Origin: an uncultured Thermotogae bacterium | GTDB lineage: Bacteria > Bipolaricaulota > Bipolaricaulia > UBA7950 > UBA9294 | Length of the DNA: 55,201 nucleotides | Assembly (NCBI GenBank): GCA_964552295.1 | Contig: CAZKFV010000094.1 | Coordinates: forward strand, 1-55,201 | Direction of reading: 5' to 3' | Shown here: piece by piece, positions 7,747-22,683 of the stretch | Position numbering within the stretch: position 1 is the first letter of the stretch | How the letters are laid out: each line of letters begins with the position of its first letter | Notes under the pieces: generated by a model | Told to the model about the DNA's origin: nothing | Databases searched by the model: none | Seen by the model: the letters and a program-made list of their open reading frames with translations, nothing else | Program-made: the position numbers and the translations under genes

Positions 7747-9756
7747 GTGGTAAAAACGGCGATTTTACCGTGGAGCAACCTAAAGAAGGTGTTTAGTATC
7801 CTCAAGTCGTCCCTATCGCCAAACCAGATCGCGTTCTCGTTTGCCCTTGGGGTATTTGCTGGTGTTCCTCCAATGGGTCTTCACGTAATCATCCCAGCAA
7901 CCCTTGCTCTTCTTATCCGTGGAAGTTTTCGCGCATTCTTGCTGTCTATGGGTTTGTTCAAGCTAATCTCGATTGGTGTTGCTCCGTTTAGCTACGCTAT
8001 TGGCAGGTTTCTGTTGGATACTAGCCGTGGGCTTGATTCCATGTGGCGTGCGTTAACCCACCTGCCTGTGGCAGCGCCAATGGGCTATAACCGCTACCTG
8101 TTGTTGGGAGCGCTTAGTCTATCGCTTGCGATAGCTATTCCGGTGTTCTTCGCGGTTCGCCTTGTTGTTGTTAAATACCGAAAAAGCTTCACTAATTGGG
8201 TTTCTGGCTTGAGTGTTTCCGCTAATTTACGGAAAAGAAAATGGGCAAGCTTCTTACGTTGGCTTTTTGTAGGCGGAAAGCCGAAGTACGGTACTTACAA
8301 GGCCCCGCGCGGCGTCTTTAGATACATCAGAAAAGGCGGGCTGGTGATTGTTCCCGTTGCCTATTTAGTTTGCTACCTGCTGGCAGCGTTGATTGTTCCG
8401 TTCTTGTCCGGCACAATTGCCACCTCCGCCGCTTCCTACGTCATTGGAGGAGAAGTAGCTGTCAAAAAGAGCTCCTTCAGCCTATTTACAGGAAGGCTAA
8501 ACCTAACAGATCTTTCCATTCAGGACCCCGATAAACCTGAAGAAAACGTGCTAGAAATCCCATTGTTAACACTGGATGCGGGTATGCTGCCGCTGCTTGA
8601 AAAGAGGGTGGTGTTCAATGCTGTAGAAATCAGTGATGCGTACATGCATGTGGTAAGACAGGAGGACGGAACGCTCAATGTGGATGACTTCAGCACAGGC
8701 TGGAACGCAGAAGGCTATATGGAATGGGCAAGAAAACATGCAAATGATGTCGATTGGTGGAGTTTATTGCAGCGATTAATCGAGTATATGGGTCAGCCTC
8801 GCCCACGTGAGCCAAAGGCTGATTTGTCGCAATATGCGGGCGGGCGATCCTTTTCTCCCTATAGTACGGTGTTTGCTGTGGAACAGTTTACCCTGGGGAA
8901 GATTCATGTAAGCCTTGAGGATAGGCGCAATTTTGATCAAGGCTTTCCGCCTTTGACTCTCACGGATGTGGAGATTGAAAACCTAGCGTTTCCTGCAGAG
9001 CTTGCGAGCGATCCTGTCAAAATCAAGATAAACGGTAGAGTGGGACAGGCAGATCAGCAAAATGATGGATACCGACAGGCCTCTTTCCTGTTAACAGTGG
9101 AGTTGGATAATCGCCAAGAGCCGGCAGTGCATGAGTACAATCTTGAGGTGCAGGACATGAACCTGACGCAGATGTCTTGGCTGTACAATACCAGCCTTCC
9201 GTTAGTGATAATCTCTGGGAGAGCAACGCTGAGCGCTTCTGTGACAATCACTGGAGAGCAGGCGGAGGGAGGGGCCTCTCTTGCTTTGCAGGACTTAGTC
9301 ATTGCTCAGTCCCCCGGGGTGCAGTTGTTTGGGCTCTCACAGGAGCTTACGCAGAGGTCAATAGAGGGCATTAACCGGTATTCTCAGGATCTGCCGATCG
9401 TGATTGGTGTTGGAATCGACGGCAGCGCTGATGCGCCGCAGGTTCACTGGCAAGAGCCTTTGTTGGAGATTGCCCGTCAGGGGTTAATGCTGGAGGGAAA
9501 ACGTGAGCTTCAGGGGGCGATTGACCAGCTTGGTGCTAAAATAGGAACCTCTGCCCCAGGGCCTGACGTGACGCTTACCCCTGGTTACCAGCAGTTGCAA
9601 GAACAGGCTGAAGATTATGTGAGAAAGGCTATCGCTGGCGATGCTATCGCTAGCGATGCTATCGCTGGTGATGATGAGCAAAGCACTCCTGAGACGACAG
9701 AATTGTTCAAAAGCATACTTGATAAGCTGTTTCCCCGCGACAAGGAAGGTGAGTAA
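7747..9756 (+). CDS. Membrane protein: TIGR03546/DUF2062-like N-terminus fused to an AsmA/DUF748 (TIGR03545)-like domain
   Basis: SPNQIAFSFALGVFAG hydrophobic N-domain; later SFSLFTGRLNLTDLSIQDPDKPEENVLEI...TLDAGMLPLLEKRVVFNAVEI...VVRQEDGTLNV typical of AsmA-like beta-taco starts. Confidence 0.6.
   Translation: MVKTAILPWSNLKKVFSILKSSLSPNQIAFSFALGVFAGVPPMGLHVIIPATLALLIRGSFRAFLLSMGLFKLISIGVAPFSYAIGRFLLDTSRGLDSMWRALTHLPVAAPMGYNRYLLLGALSLSLAIAIPVFFAVRLVVVKYRKSFTNWVSGLSVSANLRKRKWASFLRWLFVGGKPKYGTYKAPRGVFRYIRKGGLVIVPVAYLVCYLLAALIVPFLSGTIATSAASYVIGGEVAVKKSSFSLFTGRLNLTDLSIQDPDKPEENVLEIPLLTLDAGMLPLLEKRVVFNAVEISDAYMHVVRQEDGTLNVDDFSTGWNAEGYMEWARKHANDVDWWSLLQRLIEYMGQPRPREPKADLSQYAGGRSFSPYSTVFAVEQFTLGKIHVSLEDRRNFDQGFPPLTLTDVEIENLAFPAELASDPVKIKINGRVGQADQQNDGYRQASFLLTVELDNRQEPAVHEYNLEVQDMNLTQMSWLYNTSLPLVIISGRATLSASVTITGEQAEGGASLALQDLVIAQSPGVQLFGLSQELTQRSIEGINRYSQDLPIVIGVGIDGSADAPQVHWQEPLLEIARQGLMLEGKRELQGAIDQLGAKIGTSAPGPDVTLTPGYQQLQEQAEDYVRKAIAGDAIASDAIAGDDEQSTPETTELFKSILDKLFPRDKEGE
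9628..9672 (+). repeat. In-frame 15-bp tandem repeat x3 (AIAGD/AIASD/AIAGD)
   Basis: gctatcgctggcgat gctatcgctagcgat gctatcgctggtgat. Confidence 0.9.
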
Positions 9757-10202
9757 GAGGTCTGTGTGGTAAAGCACGCTGCTCAGATATCACCTTCTTA
9801 GGACAAAGGTCATATGTAAAGGTGCGCGATGTTTGCTTAACGCCGGCCACAGGGTATTGCTGTATTTTGCTTTGGAAGCGTTAATTGGCGTGGGTAATCG
9901 AGATTACATTCGCGCTTAAATGGGTGGTGAAGCGCGAAGTAGTGGTCAGAAGGAGGGATTGCCCTTAACAAAAGGGAGTTGCTAAGGCCTTTGCCTCCTT
10001 GAACCTGCGGCGGAGATGCGATGCCCTCCTGCGTCTCCGCCGTACTCTATAGTGTATGGGCATAATACCAGCGCTGTTTCTTTAACAAGAAGCCATCTTA
10101 CATCACTGACATCAACAGCCTATCTATCGTGAACCAACATATGCCAATTGTTAAGTGATAGGTTTTGGGTTGTACTTACGATAGATAATCATTGGCAAAG
10201 GC

Positions 10203-10245
10203 AAAAAAACAACCTGCCACAACGCAGGGCGGCAATTGTGGCAGG
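10203..10245 (-). terminator. Intrinsic terminator after RHH gene
   Basis: 10-bp stem CCTGCCACAA / TTGTGGCAGG; T-tract on the minus strand (A7 at 10203-10209). Confidence 0.7.
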
Positions 10246-10256
10246 GCAAAGGCGGG

Positions 10257-10430
10257 CTAAGCCTTTTTTTCCTCGCGGTTGAGATACTGCAAAATTGCAT
10301 CAACAACGAGGTAGTTGATTGACCGGTCCCGCTTATCACTAAGCTGGATTAGCCGTTCAACTGGCTTATCTTCCATCTTCTTCTGTGGAATGTAGATGGA
10401 AAGCTTATCAAGGATCTCTTTCTTTGCCAT
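10257..10430 (-). CDS. Small ribbon-helix-helix DNA-binding protein, paralog 1 (57 aa)
   Basis: SD AGGAGG before ATG at 10430; KLSIYIP strand + VERLIQLSDKRDRSINYLVVDAILQYL helices; near-identical paralog at 49478-49648. Confidence 0.8.
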   Translation of the reverse strand: MAKKEILDKLSIYIPQKKMEDKPVERLIQLSDKRDRSINYLVVDAILQYLNREEKKA

Positions 10431-10692
10431 CTTGTTCACCTCCTCATAAATAGAATCGTTTTTCACCGTCTTCTCATTTAATCCCTGTTAACTAATAGGA
10501 TAAGGGTTAGAGAAAAATTTACTATGCCAAAAACAAGAAAAAGACTATGGAAAAAACATGGAAGAAACCATGCAAGTATCCATTGTAGAGCCATTTAGCA
10601 CGAGAAAGAGGGGAGGTATTCAAAACATGTGAGCGATGCGCTATACTACAGAAAGTGTATAAGCAGCAGCATACTGGTTCAGGGAGGGCATT

Positions 10693-11757
10693 ATGAGATC
10701 GATCGGTCGTCTGTTGGGGTTAATGGTGTTGTTGGGTATCCTTGCGGCGGTTGGGGGATGTGGTCCAGGTACTGTAGCTGTGATCGATGCTACTGGGCTA
10801 GAGGGAGTGGTTCCCCTTACCGTGAGCTTTGATGGAAGCGGTTCAAGCTCTCCAAGTGGGATAGGCACATACACGTGGAGTTTTGGAACTTCTGATCCGA
10901 ACGTGTACACGCAACAGGGCGAGTATACATATGAACATGCCGGAACCTATACATTGACGTTGAGGGTACGAGGAGAAGACGGGTCGACGGATACGACGAG
11001 CGTTACAGTAACGGTTGACCCAGCGGTGTGGATCACCGATGCTAATTTAGACACGGTATACAAACTGGATTTAGAAGGTAACTCGATTGATTCCTTTTTG
11101 CTTCCATTTAGTGAGCCACGCGGGATAACCGTTGGAGAGGTTGCAGGTAAGATGTGGCTTTTCGTCGCTTGTTACAACGGTGGTAACCAGCGTATACTCC
11201 GCATTGATCCGGCAACTGGAAATGTGACGCAAAACTACAGCGCGCCAGCGCAATCGCCGCTTAATCTGACATATCAGGCACAACAGCGAAAGCAGATATG
11301 GCACGTTGATGGTCTTAATAGGAAGCTATATCGGCTCAATCCGCCTGATCTGAAAGTGTACGATTCTTACGGGGATAGCTACTTTAAGGCTACTTCTGGA
11401 GAATATGTGGGAAATTTGCCCTTCCTGTGGACTCCTCAAGGGCTAGATTGGACTCCAGAAGCGAACACCTCTGGCCATCTGTGGTACCTGGAGGGTCAAA
11501 ACCGAATGTTGTACAAGATCAAGATCATTCCTGGCTACGATATCATGTCAGACACACAGTTGGAGATTGTCAGTAATCCTATAAATATACCTATCTTCTC
11601 GGCTTCGGCGATCGATATGTATGAGGGCAAGCTGTGGGTGATCGATGTGGATAGCCACTCGATCATCGAGGTTGATCCACAGACTGGGGTGTTGACAGGC
11701 AACAAGATCACAGGCTTTCCTGGCGCATCGCCAGCGGGACTAGAGATTCAACACTGA
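10693..11757 (+). CDS. Lipoprotein with PKD domain and C-terminal beta-propeller-like domain
   Basis: Lipobox-like AAVGGC after a signal peptide; PLTVSFDGSGS..I.TYTWSFG...YEHAGTYTLTLRV PKD signature; repeated W-x-T/V-D blade motifs. Confidence 0.75.
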   Translation: MRSIGRLLGLMVLLGILAAVGGCGPGTVAVIDATGLEGVVPLTVSFDGSGSSSPSGIGTYTWSFGTSDPNVYTQQGEYTYEHAGTYTLTLRVRGEDGSTDTTSVTVTVDPAVWITDANLDTVYKLDLEGNSIDSFLLPFSEPRGITVGEVAGKMWLFVACYNGGNQRILRIDPATGNVTQNYSAPAQSPLNLTYQAQQRKQIWHVDGLNRKLYRLNPPDLKVYDSYGDSYFKATSGEYVGNLPFLWTPQGLDWTPEANTSGHLWYLEGQNRMLYKIKIIPGYDIMSDTQLEIVSNPINIPIFSASAIDMYEGKLWVIDVDSHSIIEVDPQTGVLTGNKITGFPGASPAGLEIQH

Positions 11758-11824
11758 TTTAGAAGTGGGTGTTTGCCAGAAAATGTTTGGTGGCACAAGG
11801 ATGTGTATGGTAATCTAGATTATT

Positions 11825-12811
11825 ATGCGTCTTGGAATAATAACCAGCGGTGGAGATGCTCCCGGGATGAATGCGGCGATTCGTGCTGCCGTACGCTGCG
11901 GAACAGGGTACGGGCAAGAGTTAGTGGGAATCGAACATGGCTACGGGGGATTGATTGCAGGAGACATGATTCCTCTTGATAACCGGGCGGTGGGAGGGAT
12001 TATCGAGCACGGCGGCACCTTCTTGGGGAGTGGTCGATCGGAAGAATTTATGACCAGTCAAGGTCAGCAAAGAGCACTCGATAGCTTAGAATCTGCGAAT
12101 CTCCAGGGCCTGATAGTCATTGGTGGTAACGGATCACTTGCTGGGGCGCGCTGGTTGCAGGAGCAGGGTGTCCCTTGCGTGGGAATACCAGCCTCGATTG
12201 ATAACGACATATATGGCTCGGCCATGGCCATCGGTGTGGATACAGCCTTAAATACAGTTTTACAGTGCTTGGATCGCTTGCGTGACACAGCAATATCGCA
12301 TAATCGTGTTTTCGTTGTGGAGGTCATGGGCCGCGAATCTGGCTACATTGCGCTTATGGGCGGCCTGGCAGGTGGGGCAGAGATTGTTTTGGTACCAGAG
12401 TTCCCGGTCTCTTTAGAGCAGGTATCTGATAATGTCCTTTCCGGGCTTAAGAAAGGGAAGCATCACTCCATAATTGTTATTGCTGAGGGCTTCAAGCCGG
12501 CTGATGGCAAGCAGGAAAAGGACTCTGTTAGCAGGACCATAAGCGAATTTCTTGAGCGCACCTGTAAGGTAGAAGTCCGCTTGAGTATCCTTGGCCACCT
12601 GCAGCGCGGCGGATCGCCTAGCGCGTTTGACCGCATTCTGGGATCTCGTTTAGGAAGCGCTGCTGTACGCATGCTCGCTGATGGTAAGTCGGGAGTGATG
12701 GTGGCGCTAAGGGGGGAAGAGCTGAAGAGCTCCCCTCTTTCTGATATTGATTTACCAGGTGAGAATTTCAACCCGGATATCTACCAACTAGCTTACGAGA
12801 TCGCCAATTAG
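11825..12811 (+). CDS. pfkA: ATP-dependent 6-phosphofructokinase
   Basis: TSGGDAPGMNAAIRA, GGTFLGSGRS, IGGNGS, PASIDND, VEVMGRESG, LGHLQRGG. Confidence 0.95.
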   Translation: MRLGIITSGGDAPGMNAAIRAAVRCGTGYGQELVGIEHGYGGLIAGDMIPLDNRAVGGIIEHGGTFLGSGRSEEFMTSQGQQRALDSLESANLQGLIVIGGNGSLAGARWLQEQGVPCVGIPASIDNDIYGSAMAIGVDTALNTVLQCLDRLRDTAISHNRVFVVEVMGRESGYIALMGGLAGGAEIVLVPEFPVSLEQVSDNVLSGLKKGKHHSIIVIAEGFKPADGKQEKDSVSRTISEFLERTCKVEVRLSILGHLQRGGSPSAFDRILGSRLGSAAVRMLADGKSGVMVALRGEELKSSPLSDIDLPGENFNPDIYQLAYEIAN

Positions 12812-13908
12812 CTGCTTGCTTTATGCGCTAAAACTATCGCTCCATACTCCACTGCCCTCTTGGCAAGTGGAGTGATGCGGACATCAGGCGGGGAGACGTT
12901 AAGGTGCAAGCACATCTCCTTGTGCATCGGGTCAACGATCTCAGGATGGTTCACCGCGATACTACCTCCCAGGGTGATAATAGCAGGATCGTAAGCGTTC
13001 GCTATTGCGGACAGCGCTATTCCGCCGTAGTGTATGAAGTCGTCTAAAACATTCTTTGCTAACTCATCGCCCTCTTGTGCTGCACGGAAGACTAGCTGTG
13101 GGGTAACAAACTCCAGTAGCTGCCACGGGATTGACAGCTGTGGGTTGATCTTAAGTGCCTCTTGTCGGATTAGGTTTGTAAGCGGTGAAGTAAGACGCAA
13201 GCCTTTGTTTACAAGGCGAATGCGTGTGTTTTGCACCATGCCCCGGCCCGAGCAATACGCCTCTGCGCACCCATCGTTACCGCAGCCGCAGCGCAGGCCG
13301 CTTTCTTTTACCAGGATATGACCTACCTCGGCTGCGTTTCCATCCTTTCCCAGCAGTAGATGTCCGCCACTCCACACCCCTGCGCCTAGTCCAGTGCTCA
13401 TAGTGACGTAGACAAGGTGCAGGCTTTCTTTATCTTCTACGCCTTGGCCAACTCCGAAGAAGGCTTCTCCTAAAACGGCTGTGTTGCAGTCATTTTCCAA
13501 TACGACAACTGCTGAGAACGCCTTTTTGAGTGGCTCGATAAGCGGCACGAAGAGAAACGATGATGGCATACCTTGAGGCACACTTACAGCAAAGTTCGGA
13601 GGATTTCTGATGCCTCCAGACTGAAGCGGACCAGCTGATCCTATCCCTATTGCCGCGATGTTGCTTATGCCACTCTCCTTTAGCATGCCTCGTAGCATAT
13701 GTTCAATCTGCGAGGCTGGGCCATACCAGTCGACCCCGGATCTTGTATGCTGTGCTTCTTGGGCTTTCCTGGGGATAAATGAGCCGTTACTTGTATTGAG
13801 CGGTTCTTCGCATCGAGAGATGATTTTCCCTTCGATATTGCTTATCAAAACCGCGACCTTGGATCCTCCAAGGTCTATTGCGGCTAAATATGGCTCATTA
13901 GTTGACAC
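12808..13908 (-). CDS. ROK family sugar kinase (glucokinase-like)
   Basis: IDLGGSK, ENDCNTAVLGE, STGLGAG, GNAAEVGH, CGCGNDGCAEAYCSG; GTG start with SD GGGAGG. Confidence 0.9.
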   Translation of the reverse strand: MSTNEPYLAAIDLGGSKVAVLISNIEGKIISRCEEPLNTSNGSFIPRKAQEAQHTRSGVDWYGPASQIEHMLRGMLKESGISNIAAIGIGSAGPLQSGGIRNPPNFAVSVPQGMPSSFLFVPLIEPLKKAFSAVVVLENDCNTAVLGEAFFGVGQGVEDKESLHLVYVTMSTGLGAGVWSGGHLLLGKDGNAAEVGHILVKESGLRCGCGNDGCAEAYCSGRGMVQNTRIRLVNKGLRLTSPLTNLIRQEALKINPQLSIPWQLLEFVTPQLVFRAAQEGDELAKNVLDDFIHYGGIALSAIANAYDPAIITLGGSIAVNHPEIVDPMHKEMCLHLNVSPPDVRITPLAKRAVEYGAIVLAHKASS

Positions 13909-14373
13909 AATATTCCTCCCATCTTAATTAAAGCTGTTTCTTTGCCCTACCTGGGATGTTACTGGGCTTCTTGCATCTATCAAGTAATCGTAAGACAGCG
14001 ACCACAAAAGCGCAATAAAGCTTGCTGGTAAGTCTGTGAAAGGCAAATTGGCAATTGCGCTACTTGCAAGATAGGCTCAGCTTTGACTTATCTGAGAGTG
14101 GGCTTTCCGATTAGGCAAAAGACACAGGAGCTTCTATGGCGATCAGGCACTAACGTAATCAGGTGAGATGTCTCTTAAGCACTTATCGTATCCTGGTTGA
14201 AAAAAATGATGGCTTACAAACGGCAGCGGTTGGGAAGGGTAGAGCTTTAACAACAGGAAATGGAAAGGGGCCTAGTATTGGCTTGTTTCTTTCAGTGTTG
14301 ATCATTGTCCCTGAGGAGAGTAGGAGTACTGGATCTACGTTATATAACAGTAAGTAAACTATCAACTACCAAT

Positions 14374-15435
14374 TTAGGAGGTTTTCTTTGCCAGGTCTAC
14401 CTTGAACTTTTCTATTAACTCCACCGGAGTTGGGTCCAGCTGGTTTGCTAATGCCAGGTAGTAACTGACATAGTCTGCGAAATAGATCTGTGCCAGGATC
14501 TGTGCCAACTCGGTCTTTCCTTCGGCGACTATATTGCTGTAGGGAACTTTGTGTTCTACGAAAAGGGAAACCATGATCTCCATTCGGGCACGGTTTTCTG
14601 GCAGGTCAGATGAGTTTTTCAAAACGATAATGTGCTGATTTGGCATAAGGTTGCTTTTTACCAAAGCTAAAATCTCATTATGATTTAGCTCAGAAAAGGC
14701 GTTCCAGTAGGCTGGTTGTTTGGCATTTTCGTTTATCTGTGTTTTAAACCGCATCGCGACTAGATCAGTGTTCCCAACTGTTCCGTAAATTACGGGCACA
14801 TGCCCGTAGAGCTCCTGTGCCAATTTCTTGGCTGGATTGCTCTCCAGAGGAACGCTGTACGTGCATTTTCCCTTGATTGTTCCTAGGGCGGCAAAAAGGT
14901 GATCCCATTGGCCTAGTGTCTTACATAGTTTGCTTCTCAATAGTACTGTCAAGAGGGGCAAGGCAAGGTAACCTGTTGCTGCGCGAGGTTGGTATCCGGA
15001 GGGTACTTTTAAGAACGGCAGCGCGTGGTCCTGTGCAATAGATTGCATCTTTCCGCCGCTTGAGATACATAGAATCTGCAGATTAGCCTTGATGCCTTCA
15101 TTAAGACAGGCGAGTGTCTCTGCTGTGTTGCCCGAGTAGCTAATTGCCACAAGCAAAGTATTGCGATTTACAAAGCTAGGCAGGTTATAGCTTCTGTTAA
15201 CTAGGATTGGTATGTTAGCGAAGCGTAGTGCCAAATCTCCAGCCATTGCTGAGCCGCCCATTCCGCATACGAGTACCTTGTCGATTGGCTGTTGTGGGGC
15301 AAAACTAAAGGCTTCACCCGCGTTGATCGCTTTCCTGCACTGCTGGTCAAATGAGTCTATGGTATCGATCATTCCGCTATGATCGTAGCGTTTGTCAAAA
15401 AGGCCTTCGTTTCCCATAAGCATGATACAAAACAT
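14374..15435 (-). CDS. Bifunctional phosphoglucose/phosphomannose isomerase (SIS domains)
   Basis: CGMGGSAMAG, ISYSGNTAET, QPRAA, KTQINENAK, ELNHNEI, DPTPVELIEKFK; exact start uncertain (several Met). Confidence 0.9.
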   Translation of the reverse strand: MFCIMLMGNEGLFDKRYDHSGMIDTIDSFDQQCRKAINAGEAFSFAPQQPIDKVLVCGMGGSAMAGDLALRFANIPILVNRSYNLPSFVNRNTLLVAISYSGNTAETLACLNEGIKANLQILCISSGGKMQSIAQDHALPFLKVPSGYQPRAATGYLALPLLTVLLRSKLCKTLGQWDHLFAALGTIKGKCTYSVPLESNPAKKLAQELYGHVPVIYGTVGNTDLVAMRFKTQINENAKQPAYWNAFSELNHNEILALVKSNLMPNQHIIVLKNSSDLPENRARMEIMVSLFVEHKVPYSNIVAEGKTELAQILAQIYFADYVSYYLALANQLDPTPVELIEKFKVDLAKKTS

Positions 15436-15613
15436 GGTACACCGAATGTTGGCCTCAACGCAAACTGGAAAGAAGATACATTGATCTATCTAATGGTTGA
15501 TAGGTTGCGGCAGACGTTGTAGTTTGATAACAATACCTGGCATCATTGTAGGAAAAGGTAGAAAGGCTAGCAAAGACCTACCAAATGGTCATAAATTGGC
15601 CCCTGGGTGCGTC

Positions 15614-15642
15614 TTGACATGCCCTGTAGGTAGGAGTATACT
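15614..15642 (+). promoter_or_regulatory. Sigma70-type promoter of the 16S gene
   Basis: TTGACA (15614-19) - 17 bp - TATACT (15637-42); boxA-like GGTCATTGAAAA at 15659-15670. Confidence 0.8.
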
Positions 15643-15747
15643 TCTGCTTGTAGTGCCTGGTCATTGAAAAGTGGATAGCGTGGTAAAGAGTTCCTCGTTA
15701 ATGAGGAACCTTGTCAATTTGAGTTTAACATCAGGATCAAAGTCTAA

Positions 15748-17313
<1,566 letters not shown>

Positions 17314-17502
17314 TTAGGGAGTTTACAGACCAGCACACATTTTTGACATGAACCGCGCTATCCCTTTTCTCCCGCATTCCTTTTTTCAAGGTGACAGACG
17401 TTACCTTTTATCACCGGGAACTTTCCCTTTTCAAGCGTGCCTTTTCCTCGTGCATCTTGCTAAATCGAGTTACCCTCGTCGTGCATAACTGAAGGGGGTC
17501 AC

Positions 17503-18165
17503 ATGATGCAATCGGTTCGTGACAGTATGACTATCGGAGATTTGCTGGCGGGTATGGGCGAATCGATTGATGTTGAACGGGGAGAGACTATCTTTCATCC
17601 CGGAAGCCCGAGCAACGCGGTATATCTAGTTGAAGAGGGAAGGATAAAGCTATCCTTTCTTGACGAAAGCGGCAAGACCTTGACCATCGCTATCCTAGAC
17701 CCGGATCAGATCTTTGGGGAAATGTGTTTGGTAGGGGAGAAGGTACGGCGTTATCTGGCTGCTGCCATCGAAGATTCCTACGTGCGGCGAGTAGATAAGA
17801 AGGATTTTGTTGACACGGTAAACGCCAATCCGCTCAACCTGCAGTTGATGCTCAAGCATTTTGCCAGAAGGACGCGCGTACTTGAGGAGACTTTGGAAGA
17901 CTTCGCATTTAAGGACATTCAAGCCCGGTTGTCGCGACAGCTACTCAAACTCTCTGATGAGTATGGTGTTAAGACCAAAGAAGGGATACTGATCGGATTC
18001 CAGTTAACGCACAAGGATCTGGCCGATATGATCGGCTCAGCCAGGGAGAACACTACCCTCGCTCTGAATCGTTTTGCTCGCGAAGGGATACTGGATAAGA
18101 GCCGCTATCGGATCGTCATCAAGAACGAAGAAGGCTTGCGCGATAAGTGTCGTACTCGTGTTTGA
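17503..18165 (+). CDS. CRP/FNR family transcriptional regulator
   Basis: cNMP-binding domain (GETIF..G.PSNAVYLVEEGRIKL...IFGE) + HTH LTHKDLADMIGSARENTTLALNRF. Confidence 0.93.
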   Translation: MMQSVRDSMTIGDLLAGMGESIDVERGETIFHPGSPSNAVYLVEEGRIKLSFLDESGKTLTIAILDPDQIFGEMCLVGEKVRRYLAAAIEDSYVRRVDKKDFVDTVNANPLNLQLMLKHFARRTRVLEETLEDFAFKDIQARLSRQLLKLSDEYGVKTKEGILIGFQLTHKDLADMIGSARENTTLALNRFAREGILDKSRYRIVIKNEEGLRDKCRTRV

Positions 18166-18373
18166 GCTAGAAAGTGCTTGATGTACTTGCATTAGCGTTT
18201 AGCCATCTAAGTCCTTGCATCGATATTCTTGTCAGAGGCTAAAAGGATTAGTTTTCCCAGTTGGCGGATTTGTCTTGGGATAATGCCAGGCAAGAAGTTA
18301 ATAACAGGACTTTCTTACAATGATATCTAGAGATCCAAGCTCTACGTTAACAGGAAGTTCTGGATTGGCTAAC

Positions 18374-18407
18374 AAAAAAAGGGGAGCAAGGTTAGGTGCT
18401 CCCCTTT
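18374..18407. terminator. Bidirectional terminator between the convergent CRP and PFOR genes
   Basis: A7-GGGGAGCA-aggttagg-TGCTCCCC-TTT. Confidence 0.8.
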
Positions 18408-18423
18408 AGTGGATGTATTGAAG

Positions 18424-22014
<3,591 letters not shown>

Positions 22015-22466
22015 TTATCACTCACTCAGATATCAATTGTAACCTTACCTTTTGGCTCGTACAACGGCAGAATCATTGGCGGTCACGTCCCCCACCTCAA
22101 CATAGGACAGAAAGCTTCTAGTAGCTCGTTGTATAACGATCGGCTTCATTATGAGCTCTTAATACAAGTTATACATTACTCCTCAATATACAATGATCAT
22201 ATGAACTCTTTTATCATATTGTCGTGTGCCAAGTAGCCTGGGTGCTGACCTGTAGATGAGTTAGCTCTTGAAAGCCTTTGAGGAGATGCTTGCAGGTTTT
22301 CGAGCAAGTTTGCACCCGTTTCGATTTACGGATATAAACACGCGCATGAATAGGATGAATATCATGAAGGAAATAGTGCAATTCTTCCTTTGCGGTTTTG
22401 GATGTCTAAAACGTGAGATGTCCAGGCATAATAAAGGTAAGATATCTGTTAAAAGGAGGCGCGGCA

Positions 22467-22658
22467 ATGAAACGTTTTGGAAAGCTCTTACTTCTGGTTG
22501 CTGTGATTGCTTCCCTGTTTGTCTCGGTAGTAGCTATAAGCGTATCTGCCGATCCAGTTCATGTTGGCGGAGGACCCCGTTTGACTTCTTCCGGCGGCAC
22601 GCAATTTGGCAGTGGGGCAACAACATTCAGTTCACCAGTTCATGTCGGTGGGGGTTAG
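22467..22658 (+). CDS. 63-aa secreted pre-peptide with duplicated PVHVGGG motif (putative signalling peptide)
   Basis: SD AAGGAGG, then MKRFGKLLLLVAVIASLFVSVVAISVSA|DPVHVGGGPRLTSSGGTQFGSGATTFSSPVHVGGG*; classic Sec signal (VSA cleavage); motif repeated with synonymous codon differences. Confidence 0.8.
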   Translation: MKRFGKLLLLVAVIASLFVSVVAISVSADPVHVGGGPRLTSSGGTQFGSGATTFSSPVHVGGG

Positions 22659-22683
22659 GCAAAGCCTTTAGAAGGGATCCAGC

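Noticed and set aside
14163-14365. 60-64-aa ORFs on both strands between ROK and PGI/PMI
   Set aside because: No motif, no clear SD; likely spurious or unrecognisable remnants
17314-17502. tRNA or 23S after the 16S
   Set aside because: No cloverleaf/T-loop (GTTCRA) or 23S 5' signature; only the pyrimidine-rich trailer
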